Shown here piece by piece: positions 7,872-16,077 of a stretch of DNA of 16,077 nucleotides. The translations under genes and the position numbers were made by a program. The notes beneath the pieces were generated by a model, which saw only the letters and a list, made by a program, of their open reading frames with translations, was not told where the DNA came from and searched no databases. Position 1 is the stretch's first letter; each line of letters opens with the position of its first letter. Origin of the DNA: a bacterium. GTDB taxonomy: Bacteria > Hinthialibacterota > Hinthialibacteria > Hinthialibacterales > Hinthialibacteraceae. The stretch spans positions 1-16,077 of the forward strand of contig JBHGBC010000142.1 in assembly GCA_041946805.1 (NCBI GenBank), given 5' to 3'.

Positions 7872-9237
7872 AACCTCCATGGCCAAAGCCTCCAAATCCC
7901 TCCCCGCGGCCGCCAAAAAAGGTTCGCCCATCGCGCACCGGGACGGATTCAATACCCGCGTGATCCAGGTGGATGCCTTGGCGCGGGTCGAGGGCGAGGG
8001 CGCGCTCTATGTGAAGATCACCGGCAACCAAGTCAGCGAGGTCCGCTTTCAGATCTACGAACCGCCGCGCTTTTTCGAGGCGTTCCTGCGCGGCCGCTCG
8101 TACCGCGAGGCGCCCGACATCACCGCCCGGATCTGCGGCATCTGCCCCGTCGCCTACCAGATGAGCGCCATCCACGCCATCGAGAAGGCCTTCGGCGTCA
8201 CCATCATCGGGCCGATCCGCGAACTGCGGCGGCTGCTGTACTGCGGCGAATGGATCGAAAGCCACGCCTTGCATGTTCTGATGCTGCACGCCCCCGATTT
8301 TCTCGGTTATCAGGACGTGATCCAGCTGGCCAAGGATCATCCGGACATCGTCCAGACCGGCCTGAAGATCAAGAAAGCCGGGAACGATATCGTGAACCTG
8401 CTGGGGGGGAGGGAAATCCACCCCATCAACGTCCAGGTGGGGGGCTTTTACCGGGTCCCCGCCAAGAAACAGTTCGAGCCGGTCATCGAAAATTTGAAAT
8501 GGGCGCGCGAACAGGCCGTCGGATTGGCGAAATGGTGCGCCACCCTGCCCATCCCCTCCTTCGAATACGATTACGAATACGTCGCCCTGCATCATCCGTC
8601 CGAGTACCCCTTCAACGAAGGCCGGATCCGGTCCAGCAAGGGACTCGACATCGCCGTGGAGGATTACGAAAAACATTTCATCGAGGAACAGGCGCCGCAT
8701 TCGACCTCGCTGCATTCGCGCATCAAGGACCGGGGCGCGTATTTCGTCGGCCCCACGGCCCGCTACAACCTGAACCACGACCGCCTCTCGCCTCTGGCCC
8801 AGGAAACCGCCCAGGCCGTGGGGCTTTCCGCGTATTCGCGCAATCCCTTCGAAAGCATCCTGGTGCGCGCCGTGGAGACCGTGTACGCCTGCGACGAGGC
8901 CTTGCGCATTCTCGAACATTTCCAGCCCCCCGACCGCCCGGCCATCCCGTTGCAGCCCCAGGCGGCCACCGGCTGCGGGTGCACCGAGGCCCCGCGGGGA
9001 ATTCTCTATCACCGGTACACCCTCGACCGCGAAGGCCTCATCAAGGACGCCAAGATCGTCCCTCCGACGGCGCAGAATCAGAAAATCATCGAAAGCGACC
9101 TGTTCCGTTTTGTGTCCGCCAATCTCAAGATGCCCAAAAACGAATTGACTTGGAAATGCGAACAGGTCATCCGCAACTATGACCCATGTATATCGTGTTC
9201 GTGCCATTTTCTGAAATTGCACGTCGAACGTGACTGA
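7861..9237 (+). CDS. hydA: Group 3b [NiFe]-hydrogenase large (alpha) subunit
   Basis: ARVEGEG, PRFFE, L1 [23 protein letters not shown]2 DPCISCSCH plus a short cleavable tail. Overlaps the delta stop; alternative ATG at 7879. Confidence 0.95.
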   Translation: MKDKTSMAKASKSLPAAAKKGSPIAHRDGFNTRVIQVDALARVEGEGALYVKITGNQVSEVRFQIYEPPRFFEAFLRGRSYREAPDITARICGICPVAYQMSAIHAIEKAFGVTIIGPIRELRRLLYCGEWIESHALHVLMLHAPDFLGYQDVIQLAKDHPDIVQTGLKIKKAGNDIVNLLGGREIHPINVQVGGFYRVPAKKQFEPVIENLKWAREQAVGLAKWCATLPIPSFEYDYEYVALHHPSEYPFNEGRIRSSKGLDIAVEDYEKHFIEEQAPHSTSLHSRIKDRGAYFVGPTARYNLNHDRLSPLAQETAQAVGLSAYSRNPFESILVRAVETVYACDEALRILEHFQPPDRPAIPLQPQAATGCGCTEAPRGILYHRYTLDREGLIKDAKIVPPTAQNQKIIESDLFRFVSANLKMPKNELTWKCEQVIRNYDPCISCSCHFLKLHVERD

Positions 9238-9763
9238 CCGGCCCGCGATCATGACCGAACCGCCCGCCTGGATTGCTATTCCCGCCTTGGTCATCGGCTT
9301 GGGCAATTACGGGCGGGGCGATGACGCCGCCGGCCTGCTCGCCGCCCGCCGCGTGCGGGAAGCCAGGCTGCCCCACGTGCCCGTCTTCCTCTGCCCGGGC
9401 GACTGCAGCCGCCTCCTCGAAATGTGGTCGGGGGCGGAACATGTGCTGCTCATCGACGCCGTCTCCTCCGGGGCGGATGCGGGCACGATGCACAAATGGG
9501 ACCTGAAATCCGGCCGCCTTGAATCCTCTTGGTTTTCGGTGTCCACACACGCGTTCACCCTGCTGGACGCCATCGCCCTGGCGAAGGCCTTGAAACAAGT
9601 GCCGGAGAACCTGTGGATTTACGGGATCGAAGGCCGGCAGTTCCGCGTGAATGGGGAAATCTCCCCCGAAGTGCAATCCGCCATCGAGACCGTGGCCCAG
9701 CGCGTGGTGGCGGATATCCAGGAAATCATCCAGAAACACGGTAATTCTATGTCTACGGAATAG
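9230..9763 (+). CDS. Hydrogenase maturation endopeptidase (HycI/HoxW-like family)
   Basis: [24 protein letters not shown] motifs. Follows the large subunit. Start is GTG 9230 or ATG 9251. Confidence 0.9.
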   Translation: MTDRPAIMTEPPAWIAIPALVIGLGNYGRGDDAAGLLAARRVREARLPHVPVFLCPGDCSRLLEMWSGAEHVLLIDAVSSGADAGTMHKWDLKSGRLESSWFSVSTHAFTLLDAIALAKALKQVPENLWIYGIEGRQFRVNGEISPEVQSAIETVAQRVVADIQEIIQKHGNSMSTE

Positions 9764-9773
9764 TCATAAGCGG

Positions 9774-10040
9774 ATGCACGAATCGTCCCTCATGCGGGAT
9801 TTGCTCGCCAAAATCGAGGCCGCGCGGCTCGAACACCACGCCCGCCGCGTGGTCCGCGTTTCCATCCGCCTGGGCGCGCTGTGCGGCATCTCGCCCGGAC
9901 ATTTCCGCGAACATTTCTCCCTCGCCGCCCTCGGAACCCCCGCCGAACACGCCCTCCTGGATCTCGAACCATGTGAAGATCCCGCCGATCCCCACGCGCG
10001 GGACGTCCTTTTGGAACGCCTCGAGGTAGAATACGATTGA
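9774..10040 (+). CDS. hypA: HypA-like nickel metallochaperone, short form without Zn-finger CxxC pairs, 88 aa
   Basis: MHESSL N-terminus, V.rV.irLGAL...F...A.GT.AE.A.L, C-terminal LERLEVE. Confidence 0.82.
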   Translation: MHESSLMRDLLAKIEAARLEHHARRVVRVSIRLGALCGISPGHFREHFSLAALGTPAEHALLDLEPCEDPADPHARDVLLERLEVEYD

Positions 10041-10112
10041 ACGCGTGAGGCATTTGGAAAGGACGATCCTTCGAGGATCATCCACGACTCCATTACAGGC
10101 ATTCAATCAACC

Positions 10113-12428
10113 GTGGCCAATCCCATAAGGCGTTTTCATCTGGATATCCGCGGCGCGGTGCAAGGCGTGGGCTTTCGCCCGTTTCTCTATCGTATGGCCG
10201 CTGACCTGCGCCTCGCCGGTTGGGTAAGCAATACTCCTCAAGGCGTGATCGTTGAAGTGGAAGGCCCCGCCGCCGCCGTGGACCGCTTCGTCCAGAGGGT
10301 CCAGGATGAAAAGCCCCCGCATTCCACCATTCAGCATTTCTCGGCGAATGAGATCCCGGCGCAAGGCTCGGCGGTCTTCGAAATCCGCGCCAGTCTCGAC
10401 GGCGGTGTCAAATCCGCCCTGATGCTGCCCGACCTGGGTACCTGCCGCGAATGCCGGGACGAGGTTTTCGATCCCCGCAATCGGCGTTACCTCTATCCCT
10501 TTACCAACTGCACGCACTGCGGCCCGCGCTTTAGTATTATCGAATCGCTGCCCTACGACCGGCCCCACACCAGCATGAAGCATTTCGCCATGTGCCCGCG
10601 CTGCCGGGAGGAATACGAGAATCCCCTCGACCGCCGCTTTCACGCCCAGCCCAACGCCTGCCCCGAATGCGGTCCGCGGGTGGAATGGTGGGACGCAACA
10701 GGTCATATATTGTCCTCATCCCACGAGGCCATGCTGGACGCGGCCGCCGCGATTCGCGAAGGCCGGATCGTGGCCGTGAAAGGCCTGGGCGGATTCCATT
10801 TGATGGCGGATGCCCGCGATCCCGCCGCCGTGGCCCGCCTGCGCGAACGCAAACACCGGGAAGAAAAGCCTTTCGCGCTTTTGTTTCCCTCACTGGAATC
10901 CCTGCGGGAAGAGTGTGAAGTCTCGGATCTTGAAGAAAATCTGTTACTCTCGCCCGAGTCACCCATTGTGCTGCTACGGCGCAAAATCCAGTCTGCCTCC
11001 ACGTATCCCGTATGCCGGGATGTGGCTCCCGGGAATCCCTATCTCGGCGCGATGCTTCCCTACACGCCCTTGCATCACATTCTCCTGCGCGAACTCGGCT
11101 TTCCCGTGATTGCCACCAGCGGCAACCTTTCGGATGAGCCGATCTGCACGGATGAACACGAAGCGTTGCAACGCCTGGCAGGCATTGCCGATGGCTTTTT
11201 GGTCCACAACCGGCCCATCGTCCGGCATGTCGACGACTCCATCGTCCGGGTCATTGCCGGGCGGGAGATGATCCTGCGCCGCGCGCGCGGATACGCCCCG
11301 CTGCCCATCGAAAGCCCCGATCCCGTACAGCCAACTCTGGCCGTGGGCGCGCATCTCAAGAACGCCATCGCCCTCGGCGCGGGGACGCATCTTTTCATCA
11401 GCCAGCATATCGGCGACCTCGAGACGCCTCAGGCCTACGGCGCGTTTCTCGAGGTGATCGGCAGCTTCCAGCGCGTGTATGAAACCACGCCCGCGGCGGT
11501 GGTTTGCGACCTGCATCCCGATTACCTTTCCACCCATTACGCCGGCCAGACTGGCTTGCCCGTCAAGCGCGTGCAGCATCACTACGCGCATGTGTTGTCG
11601 TGCATGGCCGAGCACCACTTGAATGGTCCCGTGCTGGGGGTTTCATGGGACGGGACCGGCTACGGCCTCGACGGGACCATCTGGGGCGGCGAGTTTCTGC
11701 TGGCCACCCGCGAGGATTTCACGCGGCTTGCCCATTGGCGGACCTTTCCGCTGCCTTCGGGCGAAAAGGCCGTCAAGGAACCTCGCCGGATAGCCCTGGG
11801 CCTGCTGTATGAATGCCTGGGAAACGAAGCTTTCCAGCGGGCCGATTCGCCCCCCCTCCAATCATTCACTCCAAACGAACTGGGCGTGTTGCGCAATTTA
11901 TTGGAGAAAAGCCTCCTCTCGCCCCGCACCTCCAGCGTGGGGCGGTTATTCGACGCCGTAGCCGCTTTGATGGGATTGCGGTTCAAGGTGTCGTTCGAGG
12001 GCCAGGCGGCGATGGAATTGGAGTTCGCCCTGGCCGGAGTGAACACGGGAGAGGCGTATCCGGTGGAGATGCGTGAAAATCCGGCGCATTCCCACGATAC
12101 TTTAACGGTTCCCCGGCCGTGGGTGGTGGATTGGGATCCGATGCTGCGTGCTATACTTTCCGATATACGAGTGCAGACGCCGGCCGGCCTGATTTCCGCA
12201 CGGTTTCACAACGCGCTGGTGGAAAGCATTGTGGATATCGCCCGCCGCGCGGGTGAACGGATCGTGGTGTTGACCGGTGGATGTTTTCAGAACCGGTATC
12301 TCGCCGAACGGGCTATTGCGCGCCTGCGGGAGGAAGGATTCGAGCCGTATTGGCACCGCCGCGTTCCACCCAACGACGGCGGCATCGCCCTGGGACAGAT
12401 TTGGGCGGCGCGAGAAGTCAAAGGATGA
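10113..12428 (+). CDS. hypF: Carbamoyltransferase HypF
   Basis: GAVQGVGFRPF acylphosphatase domain, four CxxC, KGLGGFHL, TSGNLS, QHHYAH, DGTGYG, PPNDGGIALGQ. Confidence 0.97.
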   Translation: MANPIRRFHLDIRGAVQGVGFRPFLYRMAADLRLAGWVSNTPQGVIVEVEGPAAAVDRFVQRVQDEKPPHSTIQHFSANEIPAQGSAVFEIRASLDGGVKSALMLPDLGTCRECRDEVFDPRNRRYLYPFTNCTHCGPRFSIIESLPYDRPHTSMKHFAMCPRCREEYENPLDRRFHAQPNACPECGPRVEWWDATGHILSSSHEAMLDAAAAIREGRIVAVKGLGGFHLMADARDPAAVARLRERKHREEKPFALLFPSLESLREECEVSDLEENLLLSPESPIVLLRRKIQSASTYPVCRDVAPGNPYLGAMLPYTPLHHILLRELGFPVIATSGNLSDEPICTDEHEALQRLAGIADGFLVHNRPIVRHVDDSIVRVIAGREMILRRARGYAPLPIESPDPVQPTLAVGAHLKNAIALGAGTHLFISQHIGDLETPQAYGAFLEVIGSFQRVYETTPAAVVCDLHPDYLSTHYAGQTGLPVKRVQHHYAHVLSCMAEHHLNGPVLGVSWDGTGYGLDGTIWGGEFLLATREDFTRLAHWRTFPLPSGEKAVKEPRRIALGLLYECLGNEAFQRADSPPLQSFTPNELGVLRNLLEKSLLSPRTSSVGRLFDAVAALMGLRFKVSFEGQAAMELEFALAGVNTGEAYPVEMRENPAHSHDTLTVPRPWVVDWDPMLRAILSDIRVQTPAGLISARFHNALVESIVDIARRAGERIVVLTGGCFQNRYLAERAIARLREEGFEPYWHRRVPPNDGGIALGQIWAAREVKG

Positions 12429-12457
12429 TTCACCGCCGAGACGCGGAGGCGCGGAGA
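12428..12457 (+). repeat. Short internally repeated element ATTCACCGCCGAGACGCGGAGGCGCGGAGA
   Basis: About 9-nt periodic CGCGGAG units. Resembles, from memory, CACCGCAGAGxCGCAGAG-type intergenic repeats. Confidence 0.45.
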
Positions 12458-12507
12458 AGGTTGTTTATTGTTTAAGAGTGAAGTGAATGGTTCTAATGCG
12501 GGATTTT

Positions 12508-12545
12508 CCCTCACCCTGCCCTCTCCCGAAGGGAGAGGGCAGGGT
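12508..12545. repeat. CCCTCTCCC-family hairpin, tail on left
   Basis: ACCCTGCCCTCTCCC-GAA-GGGAGAGGGCAGGGT, a 15-bp perfect stem. Confidence 0.9.
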
Positions 12546-12601
12546 TTAGCGGGAGATGATGGCAATCGGTCACGGAATCGGGAAAAGCCAAGCCCGGAGT
12601 T

Positions 12602-12627
12602 TGGATCCCCGCTTTCGCGGGGATGAC
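12602..12627 (-). repeat. GTCATCCCCGCGAAAGCGGGGATCCA palindrome (GNRA-loop REP-like family)
   Basis: ATCCCCGC-GAAA-GCGGGGAT perfect stem on the minus strand. Confidence 0.8.
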
Positions 12628-12657
12628 ATGCTGATACGATTTCTGATTAAAGATTAG

Positions 12658-12684
12658 CCCTCCGGGAGAGGGTTGGGGTGAGGG
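12658..12684. repeat. CCCTCTCCC-family copy, truncated, tail on right
   Basis: CCCTCCGGGAGAGGGTTGGGGTGAGGG, inverted relative to the 12508 copy. Confidence 0.75.
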
Positions 12685-12769
12685 AAAGAATCACCAGGCA
12701 GACGATGTCACAAATCAATATTACACACCGAAACCCCGGAATAACTTTTAAAACAGGAGTTCCATTCTT

Positions 12770-13006
12770 ATGTGTTTAGGCATACCTGGAAAAATCGTCA
12801 GCATCTCGGGTGACGATCCCCTCTACCGGATGGGGAGAATCGATTTTGGCGGGATCCGGAAAGAAATCTCCTTGGCCTACGTGCCCGAGGCCGAGGTGGG
12901 CAACTACGTCATCGTACACGCCGGCTTCGCCATCAGCGTCATTGACGAACAAGAAGCCAACGAAGTCTTTCAATACCTCAAGGAAATGGAAACAGCGCAA
13001 GGCTAA
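12770..13006 (+). CDS. hypC: HypC hydrogenase chaperone
   Basis: [33 protein letters not shown]. Confidence 0.97.
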   Translation: MCLGIPGKIVSISGDDPLYRMGRIDFGGIRKEISLAYVPEAEVGNYVIVHAGFAISVIDEQEANEVFQYLKEMETAQG

Positions 13007-13037
13007 GGCCGATTTTTCCCACCTGAAAGCGGAAATC

Positions 13038-14144
13038 ATGAAATACCTGGATGAATACCGCGATCCGGACGCGGCGCGTTCCTTTGGGAAGGCCATCCAC
13101 GGGCTGATCACCCGGCCGTGGTCCCTCATGGAAATCTGCGGCGGACAGACGCATGCCATCGTGAAATACGGCATCGACGATCTGCTGCCCGATTCGCTCA
13201 CGCTCATTCACGGCCCGGGCTGCCCGGTATGCGTCACGCCCGTGAGTATTCTCGACAAGGCCATCGAGATCGCCGCGCGGCCGGAAGTGATCTTCAGTTC
13301 GTTCGGCGACATGCTCCGGGTCCCGGGCAGCGAACGCGATCTGTTCACGGTCAAGGCGGCGGGAGGAGACGTGCGGGTGGTTTATTCGCCGCTGGACGCG
13401 CTCCAACTGGCCCGCGAGAATCCGGGGCGCGAGGTGGTCTTCTTCGCCATCGGCTTCGAAACCACCGCCCCCGCCAACGCCATGGCCGTGCACCAGGCGA
13501 AACGCGAGGGAATCCACAATTTCTCGCTCCTCGTCTCCCACGTGCTGGTCCCGCCGGCCATGGAGGCGATCCTGTCATCGCCCGATAACCGCGTTCAGGC
13601 TTTTCTGGCCGCCGGGCACGTCTGCAGCGTGATGGGATACACCGAATATGCCCCCATCGCCCGCCAATACCGCGTGCCCATTGTGGTCACCGGCTTCGAG
13701 CCGCTGGACATTCTGCAGGGCATTTACATGTGCGTGAAGCAACTCGAGGAGGGGCGCGCGGATGTCGAAAACCAATACGCCCGCTCCGTGCGGAAGGATG
13801 GCAACGAGGCCGCCCGCCGGATGATCGCCGAGGTCTTCCAGGTCGTTCCCCGCGCCTGGCGGGGCCTGGGCGAGATTCCCCACAGCGGCTTCGGCCTGCG
13901 CCCCGAATATGCGGACTGGGACGCCGAACGCCGCTTCGGCTCCGCCTCGGCTTTGGATACTGCCGAATCGTCCGAGTGCATCAGCGGCCTGATATTGCGT
14001 GGAATCAAGAAGCCGCATGAATGCCCCGCCTTCGGGACCCGCTGCGTCCCCGAACGTCCCCTGGGCGCGCCCATGGTCTCCTCGGAGGGAGCCTGCGCCG
14101 CCTATTATCGTTACAAGCGGGATGCCATCCCCCGGGCGGGGTGA
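13038..14144 (+). CDS. hypD: HypD hydrogenase maturation protein
   Basis: [33 protein letters not shown]-terminal 4Fe-4S Cys cluster, [12 protein letters not shown]. The true start is ATG 13038, not 12810. Confidence 0.97.
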   Translation: MKYLDEYRDPDAARSFGKAIHGLITRPWSLMEICGGQTHAIVKYGIDDLLPDSLTLIHGPGCPVCVTPVSILDKAIEIAARPEVIFSSFGDMLRVPGSERDLFTVKAAGGDVRVVYSPLDALQLARENPGREVVFFAIGFETTAPANAMAVHQAKREGIHNFSLLVSHVLVPPAMEAILSSPDNRVQAFLAAGHVCSVMGYTEYAPIARQYRVPIVVTGFEPLDILQGIYMCVKQLEEGRADVENQYARSVRKDGNEAARRMIAEVFQVVPRAWRGLGEIPHSGFGLRPEYADWDAERRFGSASALDTAESSECISGLILRGIKKPHECPAFGTRCVPERPLGAPMVSSEGACAAYYRYKRDAIPRAG

Positions 14145-14187
14145 GGCAGGGTATGCTCCCATTTCGTGGTATGAGGCCTTTTAGATA

Positions 14188-14217
14188 GTAGGGGCACATG
14201 GCTACGTGCCCCTCTAC
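14188..14217 (+). repeat. GTAG-type REP-like palindrome
   Basis: GTAGGGGCAC-ATGGCTAC-GTGCCCCT-CTAC. Confidence 0.75.
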
Positions 14218-14281
14218 GCAATAGAAATGGCATTGGAAGGAACAGAATGGAATCGGCAGTGATACCTCGTTCCGATGCTTT

Positions 14282-14316
14282 CCCCCACCCTGGCCCTCTC
14301 CCAGAGGGAGAGGGGA
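14282..14316. repeat. CCCTCTCCC-family hairpin, tail on left
   Basis: CCCCCACCCTGGCCCTCTCCC-AGA-GGGAGAGGGGA. Confidence 0.88.
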
Positions 14317-14523
14317 TAGTTACCGGGGATGAGAGAAGGATTCACGGGGGGGGAATGGAATGAGTGCATGAAAATACCCGCGCCATAGCTCGATTGAATG
14401 CAGGCAGGACACCGGCTCTACAACATACGGGGGTAACGTGGTTAGGATCTGTTGAGTTTTCATAATACAGGATTCACCGGATTACAGTACTGTGATATAA
14501 GCGCCAATGGCGCGTAAGAAGTT

Positions 14524-14544
14524 AGCCCAGGGCAACGCCCTGGG
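14524..14544. repeat. AGCCCAGGGCAACGCCCTGGG palindrome
   Basis: CCCAGGGC-AAC-GCCCTGGG, an 8-bp perfect stem. Confidence 0.75.
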
Positions 14545-14567
14545 AAAAGGACGATAAAAGTAATAAT

Positions 14568-14601
14568 TCCCTCTCCCTCTGGGAGAGGGTTAGGGGGAGG
14601 G
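14568..14601. repeat. CCCTCTCCC-family hairpin, tail on right
   Basis: CCCTCTCCC-TCT-GGGAGAGGGTTAGGGGGAGGG. The core is the exact reverse complement of the 14282 copy's core. Confidence 0.88.
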
Positions 14602-14693
14602 AATATTATCGAGACGGGCCTTGGTGTCCGCCTGGACAGATTCCTTTCCGGACAATCCGAAAATCATCGATTGAGGAGACCGCAATCCAACCC

Positions 14694-15749
14694 ATGACCG
14701 ACGCCCCGGATTTTTCGCTGTCCTGCCCTATCCCCAAACTCGATTATCCCACTGTCCTGCTGGCGCATGGCGGGGGCGGGACTCTGATGCAGCGCCTGCT
14801 CGAAACAGTCTTCTATCCGGCTTTTCGCAATGCCATCCTGGACCAACGCCACGATTCGGCTGTGCTGGATGTTCCGAAGGGCCGTATCGCCTTCACTACT
14901 GATTCCTACGTAGTCCACCCGCTCTTTTTCCCCGGTGGCGATATCGGATCGCTGGCCGTCCACGGCACGGTCAATGACTTGGCCATGAGCGGCGCGCGGC
15001 CCCTCGCCCTGAGCGCGGGATTCATCCTGGAAGAGGGGTTGCCCATGGAGACGCTCGAACGCGTGACACGCTCCATGCAATCCGCCGCCACGGAAGCCGG
15101 GGTGTCCATCGTCACCGGCGACACCAAGGTGGTGGACCGCGGCAAGGGGGACGGGATCTTCATCAACACCGCCGGAGTCGGAATCATTGAGCATAATCTG
15201 GACATTTCGCCCCGTTCCGTGCGCGAGGGCGGCGCCGTGCTCATTAACGGCGACTTGGGCCGCCACGGCATCGCCATCCTGGCCGTGCGCGAGGGACTCG
15301 CGTTCGAGACCGCCATCGAATCCGATTCCGCCCCGCTGGCGGACCTGGTGCGACAAATGCTCCAGGCGGGCTTGCGGATCCACTGCCTGCGCGATCTCAC
15401 CCGCGGCGGCTTGGCCAGCGCCCTCAACGAAATCGCCGAGGCGTCTGGATTGACCATCACCCTGGAGGAACGGGCCATCCCCGTGCGGGAAGACGTGCGC
15501 GGCGCGTGCGAGCTGCTGGGATTCGATCCGCTATACGTCGCCAACGAGGGGCGCATGGCGGTTTTCGTGGATCCGGAGGACGCGGACCGCGCGCTGGAGA
15601 TCATGGCCGCGCATCCGCAAGGGCGCGGCGCGGCCCGCATCGGCCGGGTGACTCGCCGAACCGCCGCGCCGGTGGTCCTGACCAGCCGCATCGGCGCGTC
15701 CCGCATCGTGGACCGCCTTAGTGGAGAACAGTTGCCGAGAATTTGTTGA
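14694..15749 (+). CDS. hypE: HypE carbamoyl dehydratase
   Basis: [50 protein letters not shown]-terminal PRIC. RBS GAGGAG. Confidence 0.97.
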   Translation: MTDAPDFSLSCPIPKLDYPTVLLAHGGGGTLMQRLLETVFYPAFRNAILDQRHDSAVLDVPKGRIAFTTDSYVVHPLFFPGGDIGSLAVHGTVNDLAMSGARPLALSAGFILEEGLPMETLERVTRSMQSAATEAGVSIVTGDTKVVDRGKGDGIFINTAGVGIIEHNLDISPRSVREGGAVLINGDLGRHGIAILAVREGLAFETAIESDSAPLADLVRQMLQAGLRIHCLRDLTRGGLASALNEIAEASGLTITLEERAIPVREDVRGACELLGFDPLYVANEGRMAVFVDPEDADRALEIMAAHPQGRGAARIGRVTRRTAAPVVLTSRIGASRIVDRLSGEQLPRIC

Positions 15750-15936
15750 AGAAATATACCATGCCGGAATATTATGAACTGGAGGGTATTCTGTGAAAGA
15801 ATGAACATGGAACAAATTTTCTATGGAGTATTATCCAAAATCCAAGAAATAAGGTTCATCCGGTAAGTGCGTACTTTGTATCAACCATGTCGGGCCGCTT
15901 TTTCATCGGGCTGGCCGGGGAGATCAACCTCCTAAT

Positions 15937-15970
15937 CCCCTCTCCCTCTGGGAGAGGGCTGAGGGGAGGG
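15937..15970. repeat. CCCTCTCCC-family hairpin, tail on right
   Basis: CCCCTCTCCC-TCT-GGGAGAGGGCTGAGGGGAGGG. Confidence 0.88.
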
Positions 15971-15989
15971 GATTTTGGTAGGGGCGGAC

Positions 15990-16077
15990 CTGACGGAGCG
16001 GCAAAAAGTCACTTTATTGTGGTGCAGACATCTTGTCTGCGCAAAATATGGTTGCAGGCAGGATGCCTGCACCACAA
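15990..16077. repeat. 88-bp repeat, right copy (direct repeat of 1-88)
   Basis: 80/88 identical to 1-88, same orientation. Confidence 0.9.

Noticed and set aside
9181..9237. Selenocysteine ([NiFeSe]) hydrogenase or TGA readthrough
   Set aside because: L2 is encoded GAC CCA TGT ATA TCG TGT, all ordinary Cys codons. No in-frame TGA falls at a conserved Cys in any subunit.
12810..13037. 76-aa N-terminal extension of HypD in the ORF track
   Set aside because: It overlaps hypC in another frame. The conserved HypD start MKYLDEYRD is at 13038.
12429..14693. CRISPR array or integron attC array
   Set aside because: The repeats are of mixed families, irregularly spaced and in both orientations. There is no constant repeat-spacer period and no cas or integrase gene.
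5250..15815. Long antisense and alternate-frame ORFs (e.g. 7819-9306, 6269-7246, 14906-15808)
   Set aside because: These are shadow ORFs expected opposite GC-rich, codon-biased genes, with no independent motifs.
1..16077. Circular replicon or plasmid inferred from terminal redundancy
   Set aside because: The terminal copies differ at 8 of 88 positions, so they are not an assembly overlap. No replication or partition genes are present.

Overview
GC-rich bacterial DNA with two divergent gene blocks. On the + strand (4932-15749) is a cytoplasmic group 3b-type (sulfhydrogenase-like, NAD(P)-linked) [NiFe]-hydrogenase operon: beta, gamma, delta and alpha subunits, a maturation protease, then hypA, hypF, hypC, hypD and hypE. 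There is no hypB, and HypA lacks its Zn-binding CxxC pairs. On the - strand (4307-804) is a BlaI-family repressor, a BlaR1/M56 peptidase whose sensor is a low-GC six-bladed Kelch-type propeller, and a secreted tandem SnoaL-like protein. The 624-bp gap between the blocks holds the best novel signal: a near-consensus sigma54 promoter with candidate IHF and activator sites, driving a predicted ~94-nt small RNA (hairpin, anti-Shine-Dalgarno CU-rich linker, intrinsic terminator). The left end has an IS1634-like transposase fragment and a decayed TIM-barrel isomerase gene. Intergenic spaces carry several REP-like palindrome families, and the window starts and ends on two copies of one 88-bp repeat (80/88 identical).
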